A DNA stretch of 64,000 nucleotides from a virus. The stretch covers positions 1 through 64,000 of IMG/VR virus record IMGVR_UViG_3300026118_000002. One strand, given 5' to 3'. The notes beneath the pieces are model-generated. The model saw nothing but the letters and a program-made list of their open reading frames with translations, was not told the origin of the DNA and made no database searches. Below, one piece after another: positions 17,605 to 26,009 of the stretch; positions within the stretch are counted from its first letter, which is position 1, and the number at the start of each line of letters is the position of its first letter. Both the position numbers and the translations under genes were made by a program.

Positions 17605-18192
17605 ATGAGCGACCCCACACCGCAGCCGGCGGGTGCCCCGGCGAACGAACCCCCGGCCCAGCCGCCGGCCCCGATTGTTGCGGCGATCCCACCGACGCCT
17701 GCTCCGGCAAGCGCGGGATTTACCCAGGAACAGTTGAATAGTGCCATCGCCGACGAGAAGCGCAAGTGGAAAAAGCAGCAGGACGATGCGGCTGCCGAGA
17801 TCAAGCGCAAGGCGGATGAGGACGCGGCGGCAGCGCGCGGCGAATTTGAAAAGCTCGCCAACGACCGCGCGACCCTGATCGCGAAGCTCGAAGCTGATCA
17901 CGCGACGGTGACTGCGCAACTTACAGCGTATCAAGAAGAGATGGAGCGCCAGATCAAGGCGCGCGTCAAGGTGCTGCCGGAAGAGATTCGTGAGATGAAG
18001 CCAGACGGCGATCCGTTGGTCGTGTACGCCTGGCTGACGAAAGCCGAGGCAGCGGTGACCAAGCTCACGCCCCCGACGGCGACGGTACTCGGCACACCGC
18101 CCGGCCCGGTCGGCGGTGGCGCACAGCCAAGCGCGTTTGCGAATGGCGATCTGCTCGCACAGAAGCGCGCGAGTGGCGACTATGCGATCTAA
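17605..18192 (+). CDS. Capsid scaffold protein
   Basis: Pro-rich N-terminus, FTQEQLN, coiled coil with GEFEKLA; position before the capsid genes. Confidence 0.85.
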   Translation: MSDPTPQPAGAPANEPPAQPPAPIVAAIPPTPAPASAGFTQEQLNSAIADEKRKWKKQQDDAAAEIKRKADEDAAAARGEFEKLANDRATLIAKLEADHATVTAQLTAYQEEMERQIKARVKVLPEEIREMKPDGDPLVVYAWLTKAEAAVTKLTPPTATVLGTPPGPVGGGAQPSAFANGDLLAQKRASGDYAI

Positions 18193-18204
18193 CAGGAGTT
18201 CTTC

Positions 18205-18606
18205 ATGGCTCTGATTACGAAAGATGCGAATGCGAGCTTGGACGCGGCCAGCGCCGCCGACGCGCCGCAGCGCTCAAGTCTGACGGCGGGCGAGGCGCTC
18301 GACAGCCTTGCGCCGTGCTATATCAAGGGTGCCGATGGACTCGTGTACATGTCCAACGGCACGGCAGCGAATGAGGCGTCGGGCTTTGACGGCTTTACGC
18401 CGAAAGCCTACGCCATCGGCGCGTCCATGGTCACGTTGTTCGGCATCGGCACCAAGATGCGCTATGCAACCGGACTGACCCCCGGCGCAAAGCTGTACAT
18501 CGCCGCAACCAAGGGCCGGCTCGATGACACCGCAACCACCGGTGACGCGGTGGGAGTCGCGCGTGCTATCAACGCAACCACGATCCGCATCACGCGCGAC
18601 GTGTAG
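18205..18606 (+). CDS. Head decoration/cement protein
   Basis: AGEAL...GLTPGAKLY...G.L...VGVARA pattern. Confidence 0.7.
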   Translation: MALITKDANASLDAASAADAPQRSSLTAGEALDSLAPCYIKGADGLVYMSNGTAANEASGFDGFTPKAYAIGASMVTLFGIGTKMRYATGLTPGAKLYIAATKGRLDDTATTGDAVGVARAINATTIRITRDV

Positions 18607-18627
18607 CTGGCAAAGGAAGAATAGACT

Positions 18628-19695
18628 ATGGCTCCGATCGTTGGCACATACGATATTAGCTCACTCCTCAGCGTGCGCTTTCAGTCCATCGATGCGTTCG
18701 GCATCGATACGGTCGTGCAGGTGCTCAAAGACGACCTTGCGGCGCATAACGCGATCGTGCAGGAAATGATGGCCGATCTGTGCTTTAGCACCGTCGATAC
18801 ACAGGGCATCTACGGCACCGGCACGACCGGCGAGATGAATGAGGTTGACGAGTACGGGCGCACGGAGACGCAAAAGCAGACACCCGGCGCGCCGGTGGCC
18901 TGGCCGTTGCGCCTATTCCAATTTGCCGTCGGCTGGACGGCGAAGTACATGGAGATCGCCACGCCCGCTGATCTGGCCTTGCAGCAGATCGATGCCGAGA
19001 AGGCGCATATGAAGGCGCTCCGTCGCGATGTGAAGCGCGCGATCTATGGCAGCGCGAACTACACCTATATCGATCACCTGATCAATAACTATCCGCTGCT
19101 GGTCAAGCGCTTCGTCAACGCCGACAGCGCGGCGATCCCGGATGCCCCCGACGGTTCGACGTTCAACGCATCCTCGCACACGCACTACGACGCATCGGCG
19201 ACGCTGACCACTGCGGTGGTTGACGCGGCGATCACCGACCTGATCGAGCACGGCCACGGCGGGCGCGTCAAGCTCGCCATTCACTACAGCAACGCCGCCG
19301 CGTTCGCTGCGCTAACCGGCTTCGTCGCCGCGCTGCCGCAGTATATCCAGGTGCCGGCCTACAACGTCGCAACGCCAAGCGTCCGCACCGATCTCGGCAA
19401 TCAGTACAACCGGCTCGTCGGCTACTACAACACCGCTGAGGTGTGGGTCAAGCCATGGGCAATCGCGGGTTATATGTTCCTGTGGGATAGCGCATCAAAC
19501 GGCAAGCCGCTGGCGTATCGGCAGCGCAACACGCTAGCTACCCGACAAGGTCTGCGACTTGCGGCGGAACTGCCCGACTACCCGCTCTACGCCAAGTACT
19601 ATGAGGCTGAGTTCGGCATCGGTCAATGGGTACGCACCAACGGCGTGGTCGTGCAATTCACCAACGCGTCGTATCAAGACCCAGTTATAACCTAA
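18628..19695 (+). CDS. Major capsid protein
   Basis: 355 aa after scaffold and decoration genes; C-terminal EFGIG. Confidence 0.85.
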   Translation: MAPIVGTYDISSLLSVRFQSIDAFGIDTVVQVLKDDLAAHNAIVQEMMADLCFSTVDTQGIYGTGTTGEMNEVDEYGRTETQKQTPGAPVAWPLRLFQFAVGWTAKYMEIATPADLALQQIDAEKAHMKALRRDVKRAIYGSANYTYIDHLINNYPLLVKRFVNADSAAIPDAPDGSTFNASSHTHYDASATLTTAVVDAAITDLIEHGHGGRVKLAIHYSNAAAFAALTGFVAALPQYIQVPAYNVATPSVRTDLGNQYNRLVGYYNTAEVWVKPWAIAGYMFLWDSASNGKPLAYRQRNTLATRQGLRLAAELPDYPLYAKYYEAEFGIGQWVRTNGVVVQFTNASYQDPVIT

Positions 19696-19708
19696 TCGGA
19701 GGCGTGCG

Positions 19709-19786
19709 ATGGGCAAGCCGAGTAAGGGCACCAAGAAGGATATGCGCCTCAGTGAAAACAAGCGCGTATCTACAAAGAAAAAATGA
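19709..19786 (+). CDS. 25-aa Lys-rich microprotein (below the ORF-track cutoff)
   Basis: SD GGAGG; MGKPSKGTKKDMRLSENKRVSTKKK. Confidence 0.65.
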   Translation: MGKPSKGTKKDMRLSENKRVSTKKK

Positions 19787-19795
19787 GGCACCACT

Positions 19796-20101
19796 ATGCC
19801 GGATACCATTCTCGGCGGCGCATACCTCGCCGCTGATGGCAAGACATGGCACAACGCAAACGGCGAGCCGTTGACAGAAGATCAGGTGCATGCAGCCAAG
19901 CGCCTGCATACCCGTCGCGCGAATGATCTCGCAGCGCGCGAGTCGGAGCGTGTCAACCAGGCCGTGCGCAACGACCCGATCGCGCAGGCGCTCTTGACTC
20001 AGGCGGCAGCGCAGATGCCTGTCGCGCAACTCCCGCACCCGACGCAAACCAGCGAGCCGCCGCCCGATCCGCAGGGCGGCAAGGGCAAAAAGAGCGAGTA
20101 G
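19796..20101 (+). CDS. Hypothetical protein following the capsid gene
   Basis: SD GAGG. Confidence 0.7.
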   Translation: MPDTILGGAYLAADGKTWHNANGEPLTEDQVHAAKRLHTRRANDLAARESERVNQAVRNDPIAQALLTQAAAQMPVAQLPHPTQTSEPPPDPQGGKGKKSE

Positions 20102-20108
20102 AGCACGC

Positions 20109-20510
20109 ATGTCTTACTCCGATACGCTCGAAACCGATACGGATCGCATCCGTGCCTACATCGGCGATACGTCGAATGACCCGGCGACAGAGATGGTCAC
20201 CGATGACCACATTGACACGGTGCGCGGCTTCTCATCCACACTATCAAATGCGGTCGCATTTCTGGCGAATGAACTAGCAGTACGCTACGCACAAGAGCCA
20301 GGACGAGTCACGTTGCCGAGCGGCCTAACCGTCGCGTGGCAGGATCGGGTCAAGACCTGGCTCGACATCGCCGCGCTCGCCCGCACCGGCGCGCTCATTC
20401 CGCAGACCGGCGGCGTATCGTTCGTGCCGGCGACGTTTAGCGATGGCTCCGTGGTGCCGGACGAGTACGGACGGGCGACGATCTTTAACTGGTGGTATCC
20501 GCGATGGTAG
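20109..20510 (+). CDS. Head-tail connector (adaptor)
   Basis: DRIRAYIGDT...VTDDHI pattern; position. Confidence 0.75.
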   Translation: MSYSDTLETDTDRIRAYIGDTSNDPATEMVTDDHIDTVRGFSSTLSNAVAFLANELAVRYAQEPGRVTLPSGLTVAWQDRVKTWLDIAALARTGALIPQTGGVSFVPATFSDGSVVPDEYGRATIFNWWYPRW

Positions 20511-20866
20511 CGCTGATCAGCGCCGCCACGATTGCCAAGCTCACACAGATCGATGAGCGGGCGATGAACGAGTCGTTCACTATCACGAGCGTCACGCGCG
20601 TTGACGACGGCGGTGGCAGCAGCACGGAGACGACTAGTACCGTTACGACGCCGGGTTACATGTGGAGCGTGAGCGGTGACGAGGCGGGGGCGGATCAGAT
20701 CAAAGCGCGCGGGCGACACCGTATCGCTGTGCCAAAGGACGTGAGCGTATTGGCGACGGCGCGGATCACGCAGGTTGCGACCGGGCGACAGTTCGTGGTG
20801 AAGTACCCGTTTCCGATCAGTGCCTATTCAACCAGTCTGATCGTCGGCGTCGAAGACAAGGGCTAG
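20504..20866 (+). CDS. Head closure/head-tail joining protein
   Basis: DDGGG motif; size and position. Confidence 0.7.
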   Translation: MVALISAATIAKLTQIDERAMNESFTITSVTRVDDGGGSSTETTSTVTTPGYMWSVSGDEAGADQIKARGRHRIAVPKDVSVLATARITQVATGRQFVVKYPFPISAYSTSLIVGVEDKG

Positions 20867-20869
20867 CGT

Positions 20870-21541
20870 ATGTCGATCACGATTGTCAGTGACCAATTTA
20901 CCGAAGCCTCCACGATCGCGCTCACGTCGCATGTGCCCAGCACCGCCGGTGCCGGCTACACGACGATTGACTCGACCGGCACGTCCGTGCTGAATAACGA
21001 TGCGGCGGATGTGGTGATTATCTCGCTCACGGCGACGGCGGCGGGGCACTTCGTTGCATCCGCGCCCGATCCGAGTGGTGCGGAGTACACCGTCAGCTTC
21101 ACGGTCCCCGTCGGCGACACCGGCTCGGCAACCCGCCCGCTGCGCCTGATCGCGCGCTGGACGGATGTGAGCAATCACTATCATTTTCGCCTGTTACCGG
21201 ACGCGCACGCGAGTCCATCGCAGCGGCTGGTCAAGGTGGTTGCGGGCACCTTGACCGAACTGGCGAACGCGGATAACCCGACCGTCGGCGGGGATGTGTT
21301 CCAGCTTATCATCACGGACGCGCTGAAGACGGTGACACAAAACGGCGTGGTCGTGTTATCCAGCACCGATAACAGCATTACAGCGGCGGGCAAGGCCGGG
21401 TTCGGCATGGGCAAATTGACGGCGGGCGATACCAGCGGCAACGTCAATACCGGCTCCTGGCAAATAGATAACTATAGCGTGACGATGCCGGGGATGTTTC
21501 CGCCCTTTCCGCCCGCGATGGGCACGTACGCGCGCATGTGA
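20870..21541 (+). CDS. Beta-sandwich (lectin/ConA-like) virion protein
   Basis: DQFT...LIARWTD.NHY...STDNSITAAGKAGF...IDNYS. Confidence 0.6.
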   Translation: MSITIVSDQFTEASTIALTSHVPSTAGAGYTTIDSTGTSVLNNDAADVVIISLTATAAGHFVASAPDPSGAEYTVSFTVPVGDTGSATRPLRLIARWTDVSNHYHFRLLPDAHASPSQRLVKVVAGTLTELANADNPTVGGDVFQLIITDALKTVTQNGVVVLSSTDNSITAAGKAGFGMGKLTAGDTSGNVNTGSWQIDNYSVTMPGMFPPFPPAMGTYARM

Positions 21542-21547
21542 GGCGAT

Positions 21548-21997
21548 ATGGCACGCGGTTCCTATAGCGTCTCGGCGCAAGCGCAGACGATTAGCACGGC
21601 GATAACCATTCTGGAGATCACCGCGCCAGCAGCGGGCGTGATCTTCGTGACCGATGCCTGGCTTTCCGCCGCGACGGTCACGGCGGGCACGGCACGGCTT
21701 CAACTCTTGCGCAAGACCGCAACCGTGACCGGCACTGCCAGCCCGCCGACGCCGGTGTGTCTCGACGGGACGGCGACGAGTGGCGTAACGATCAAGTGGA
21801 AAGCAACCGCCGAAGGCACCGACGGCGGCATCATCCGTGAGTATAACCTGCGGCTTGACGGCGGTGAGGTGCTGTATCTGCCCATCCCTGATAAGCAGGT
21901 GTTTGTGCCGCCATCGGGGATTATCGCGCTGAAGTTTCCTGCCGCGCCCACATCAAGCGCGTACACCTTCGGCATTGAGTATACCGAGTATGTCTAG
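21548..21997 (+). CDS. Putative virion protein
   Basis: SD GAGG; beta-rich. Confidence 0.65.
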   Translation: MARGSYSVSAQAQTISTAITILEITAPAAGVIFVTDAWLSAATVTAGTARLQLLRKTATVTGTASPPTPVCLDGTATSGVTIKWKATAEGTDGGIIREYNLRLDGGEVLYLPIPDKQVFVPPSGIIALKFPAAPTSSAYTFGIEYTEYV

Positions 21998-22028
21998 CAC
22001 GATCTGCGCATCGTAAAGGATAGCCGTC

Positions 22029-22676
22029 ATGGCCGTTACTGCACAACTCTATCGAAAAGCCCCGATCAACCTGGCTGGCTCAACCGTCTCGGGCAACGCG
22101 CCGATCGACTGGCTTACCGATACGATCAAGGTCATGCTCTGTACCTCGGCCTACACGCCGAACGCCGATACGCATGTGTTCAAATCCGATGTCACGAATG
22201 AGATCAGCGGCACCGGCTATACCGCAACCGGCGTCGCCTTAGCGTCGCCGACCGTCGTGTACACCGCAGCAGGCTCGTGGGCAACCACCTGGGCCGCAAC
22301 CACCGCCTATACGGTTGGGCAGATCGTGCGCAAGGTCACGACCAACGGACACCTCTATGTGTGTGTGATCGCGGGCACATCCGGCGGCACGGAGCCAACA
22401 TGGCCGACTACGAGCCGCATGACCGTCGTTGACAGCACGGTCACCTGGGCCGAGTGTGGCGCGGGCATCAATATCTTCAGCGGCGCGAACACATCATGGA
22501 CCTCATCGACGTTGACCGCGCGCTACGCCGTGCTGTATGACAGCACACCCGCGACGGATGCCACGCGCCCGCTGATCGCCTATGTGGATTTCGGCGCGGA
22601 CCAGACGACGAATAACGGTACCTTTCAAATCAACTGGGATACCACGTACGGTATCTTCTACGTGACCGTCGGCTAG
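22029..22676 (+). CDS. Virion protein with inserted CBM5/12-like module
   Basis: IDWLTDTIKVML...NEISGTGY core interrupted by WAATTAYTVGQIV...AGTSGGTEPTW. Confidence 0.7.
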   Translation: MAVTAQLYRKAPINLAGSTVSGNAPIDWLTDTIKVMLCTSAYTPNADTHVFKSDVTNEISGTGYTATGVALASPTVVYTAAGSWATTWAATTAYTVGQIVRKVTTNGHLYVCVIAGTSGGTEPTWPTTSRMTVVDSTVTWAECGAGINIFSGANTSWTSSTLTARYAVLYDSTPATDATRPLIAYVDFGADQTTNNGTFQINWDTTYGIFYVTVG

Positions 22677-22689
22677 ACCGGAGGGGGCT

Positions 22690-24675
22690 ATGCCCTTCGT
22701 CTTCCGTCGCCCGCCGGACGTACGCCAGCAGCATAGTGCGATAGCACTCATGGGCGGCGCGTCGCCGGATGTCACGATTGCTGCGCCTGCCGCGTCTGTC
22801 GATATGCAGGGCAACTCACCGGGGCTCTCCGCAGGCGCAACGCTGCTGTTGGTGGCGGTGTTCGCGTTTGCCGTCGCTGCGCCCCCGGCGGTGTCGGCCA
22901 GCACGACAATTAACGCACCGCCCGCCGCATCCGCTCGCGCAACCGGCAGCGCGCCTGCGATCAGTACTGGTGCAACCGGCAGCGCGCCCGCATCATCGGC
23001 CCGAAGCGACGCCCGCCCGGCAAGCCTGAGCACAGGGATAACCATAAGCCCGCCCGCCGGGGGCATGAGCACCTACGCCGCGCCGGGGACGATCAGCACC
23101 GGGGCAGCCAGCAGTGCGCCTGCTGGCGCAGCGACTAGCCAAGCGACGCCGTCCAGCATCAGTACTGGGCTTACGCTCGGGGCGGTGTCCACCGGCGGTA
23201 CAGGGCAGGCTCGTGCGCCGACGCTGATCGTGGGCAGCAGCAGCAGTATCCCCGCGAGCGGCATGCGCGCCGAGAGTAGCGCACCTGCGATCAGTACCGG
23301 CGTTGCCCTCAGCAGCCCAGCACCTAGCAGCAGCGCCCGCGCGAACGTGCCCACACTCACGAGCGGCAGCACGTTGCTTGCCCCAGCCGGGGGCGGCGCA
23401 ACGACGGCGAGCCCGCCGAGTGTGAGTAGCGGCGTAGGCATGAGCGCCACGCCGAGCAGCGCCGACACACGCGGCAACGCGCCGAGTCTTGCGATTAGCA
23501 GCACGCTTGCCGCAGTATCCGGGAGTAGTGCGACACAGGCAGGCGCACCCGCCGTAGTGCTGTCGGTCATGGTGAACGCACCAGCATCGGGGTCGAATGC
23601 GCGCACCGGCATAGCGGCACTCCTCAGTAGCAGTCTGTTTGCGAGCCCAGCGGGGTCTGGCGCGGCGTATACCATCCCGCCGGCGGTCGTGACGGGCATC
23701 GTCGCCCCAGCCCCACCAGCCGGGGCAAGCGCCAATAGTAGCGCGCCGCTTCTCAGTAGCGCAAGCACGTTTGCCGCGCCGGGGGCATTTGGCAGCGCCG
23801 GTACGGGTATCCCGACGATCAGTAGCGGGCTTGCACTAGCGGGGCCGCCGAGCACTGCCACTGGACAGAGCCGCCCGCCGAGTCTCAGTATCGGCGTTGG
23901 GCTGCCCAGTAGTGCGGCGACGGCGAACGTGGGTAGCGCGCCGCCGGGACTGACAACCAGCAGCGTCCTGCCCAGTGGTAGCGCAGCGGCGCAGAGCTAC
24001 GCCGCATCGCCGCTCGTCGTCACCGGAGCGGTCGCCGCCCCATCAGGCGCAGGGCTCGCCGCCGTTGCGGTTGCTCCTACGTTGCATACCGATAGCGCGT
24101 TCGTCGTCACGAGCGGCGGCGCGTACGCGGGAGCGGGAGCGCCGGCCGTATCGGTTGCTACTGCCACCCTGGTGGGCGCGCCAGCGGGCGTAGCGGCGAC
24201 AGGGACGGTGAGTCCAGCCCTAGCCGTCGGTAGCATCAGCAGCGCAGCACCGATACCGATCAGTGCTGGTGTGGGTGCGCCGGGGTTGTCGCTTAGCGTA
24301 ACGATCCGCCCGCCCGCCGTGTCATCTGCGGCCGGGTGCGCGATACCAGCGACGGTAAGCGGCAGTGCGATCGGCGCATTGTTCGCGAGCGGGGCCGCGT
24401 ACAGCGTAGCGCCGGGACTGCATGTATCGCTAGCGCTGGAGGGTATTGGGGGTGCATGCAGGGCAGAAGCCACCGCGCCGACGATCACGAGTGGTACGCC
24501 GGTGTCTCACGGTCGCATCCGTGTCGCTTGGCACACGGCGCAGCCGCGCACGACATGGCGCGCGGCGCAACCGAGGGCACCAGGGAGCGCACGCCAGCCC
24601 GGTAGTGCATGGCGTATGAGCGCGCCGGGGGCGACGTGGACAGCCACACAGCCGCATATTGAGGGTAGCGAGTAA
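22690..24675 (+). CDS. Ala/Ser/Thr/Pro/Gly-rich repeat protein (about 22-aa period), putative fibre
   Basis: SD GAGGGG; recurring APAISTG...APA units. Confidence 0.75.
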   Translation: MPFVFRRPPDVRQQHSAIALMGGASPDVTIAAPAASVDMQGNSPGLSAGATLLLVAVFAFAVAAPPAVSASTTINAPPAASARATGSAPAISTGATGSAPASSARSDARPASLSTGITISPPAGGMSTYAAPGTISTGAASSAPAGAATSQATPSSISTGLTLGAVSTGGTGQARAPTLIVGSSSSIPASGMRAESSAPAISTGVALSSPAPSSSARANVPTLTSGSTLLAPAGGGATTASPPSVSSGVGMSATPSSADTRGNAPSLAISSTLAAVSGSSATQAGAPAVVLSVMVNAPASGSNARTGIAALLSSSLFASPAGSGAAYTIPPAVVTGIVAPAPPAGASANSSAPLLSSASTFAAPGAFGSAGTGIPTISSGLALAGPPSTATGQSRPPSLSIGVGLPSSAATANVGSAPPGLTTSSVLPSGSAAAQSYAASPLVVTGAVAAPSGAGLAAVAVAPTLHTDSAFVVTSGGAYAGAGAPAVSVATATLVGAPAGVAATGTVSPALAVGSISSAAPIPISAGVGAPGLSLSVTIRPPAVSSAAGCAIPATVSGSAIGALFASGAAYSVAPGLHVSLALEGIGGACRAEATAPTITSGTPVSHGRIRVAWHTAQPRTTWRAAQPRAPGSARQPGSAWRMSAPGATWTATQPHIEGSE

Positions 24676-25019
24676 TGCCAACAACGATCAACACACCCGC
24701 AGTCGAGCGCAGTACCTATGTGCTCACGGCTGATTTTACCGACGAGACTGGCGCGGCGGTGGTACCAAACGCGGGACTCAACTGGACGCTCATGACGAAG
24801 GCGGGTCGGGTAATCAATAGCCGGTTGAGTGTGCCGATTACGCCTGCTTCGTCAATCACAATCGTGCTGAGCGGTGACGATCTGGCGCTGGTGGATGGCG
24901 AGACCAAGGGGCGTCGCGTGCTGATCGAGGGCACCTACGACAGCGATCTCGGCGCGGGTCTCGCGATCCGCGATCAGCTGACCTTCTCAATTGTGAATCT
25001 GACGGAGGCGATCTCATGA
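24675..25019 (+). CDS. Putative virion protein (BppU N-terminal-like)
   Basis: Beta-rich 114 aa, coupled to its neighbours. Confidence 0.55.
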   Translation: MPTTINTPAVERSTYVLTADFTDETGAAVVPNAGLNWTLMTKAGRVINSRLSVPITPASSITIVLSGDDLALVDGETKGRRVLIEGTYDSDLGAGLAIRDQLTFSIVNLTEAIS

Positions 25020-25366
25020 CGCTGAATATGGCGGGACTCCAGACCTTCCGCGCGGGGCTGGCCGACGCGATCGATGCGGGCTGCGAGGAAACCGCTGATC
25101 AGGTGCTCGCGATCCGCGATCCGCTCACGCCGGTGCTCTCGGGGGAATTGCTCGACACGGGCACGGTTGTTCAGATCGCAAGTGGGCATTGGCAGGTGCG
25201 CGAGGGTGATGGACTGCCGGATGCGCGGGCAAGCTATACCGAGTATGGCACCTCCAAAGCACCCGCCCAGCCGCATATGACGCCAGCCGCAGAGCAGGGG
25301 CGCGAGTTGCTACCAGTGAATATCGCCGCCCGGCTTGCCGCGCTCGCAGAACAGAGCAGCGTATGA
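25016..25366 (+). CDS. HK97 gp10-like neck protein
   Basis: TPVLSGEL...YTEYGTSKAPAQPHMTPA. Confidence 0.85.
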   Translation: MTLNMAGLQTFRAGLADAIDAGCEETADQVLAIRDPLTPVLSGELLDTGTVVQIASGHWQVREGDGLPDARASYTEYGTSKAPAQPHMTPAAEQGRELLPVNIAARLAALAEQSSV

Positions 25367-25587
25367 AGGTGATCGCAGACAAGACGCTCGGATGGCAAAA
25401 GGCCATTGCTTACCTGAACGGTGAACGGATGGACTGGTGTACCGAGGCGGATGATGTTGCCGGGTATGTGATCGTCCATGTCGCCGAGCGAGCGCCTGAT
25501 GGTCGTGTGCATTTTCAGCTTGACGAGCATGGCGAGCCGGTCACCCGCATGCTGTCGGGCAATGTCGAGATCAGGATGAACGGATGA
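25363..25587 (+). CDS. Hypothetical protein
   Basis: ATGA overlaps. Confidence 0.65.
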   Translation: MKVIADKTLGWQKAIAYLNGERMDWCTEADDVAGYVIVHVAERAPDGRVHFQLDEHGEPVTRMLSGNVEIRMNG

Positions 25588-26009
25588 GTCCAACACCGAT
25601 CTTGGACGCGATCACGCTTGTGCGTGTCGCCATCCGCAACGCGCTAAAGCCGCTTGCCGCACCGCATGGTGTGTACTGGCTACAGGCTGATCAGAGTACG
25701 CCCGATCAACCGGTTGCCTATCCCTACATTATCTTTCAGTCGCAAGACCTGGGCGGAAAAGATGTGAAGCATCTGGGCGATTACGGTTGGCAAGGACTCG
25801 TGACGATCCGCGCGCTGGCCGATGGACCAGCGGGAAAACTCCGAGGGGCCGAGGCGCTGTTAGTAGCGGTCTTACCAGGGATGGATAGCCTTGCATCGGC
25901 GGGCTATGGATTCTTTGTCGAGCATGAGCGCCCGCTGGTCTTGCCGCCGGATGTGGATGGGATATGGCAGGCGGGATCGATCTATCGCGTGGGGATGTAT
26001 AGCGCATGA
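25584..26009 (+). CDS. Tail terminator/completion protein
   Basis: AYPYIIF motif; position. Confidence 0.7.
   Translation: MSPTPILDAITLVRVAIRNALKPLAAPHGVYWLQADQSTPDQPVAYPYIIFQSQDLGGKDVKHLGDYGWQGLVTIRALADGPAGKLRGAEALLVAVLPGMDSLASAGYGFFVEHERPLVLPPDVDGIWQAGSIYRVGMYSA

Noticed and set aside
13702-20870. Genome-wide amber recoding suggested by in-frame TAG junctions (terL/portal, decoration/capsid, 20866/20870)
   Set aside because: TAG also ends many genes whose neighbours are out of frame, TAA junctions are in frame too, and protein sizes are normal
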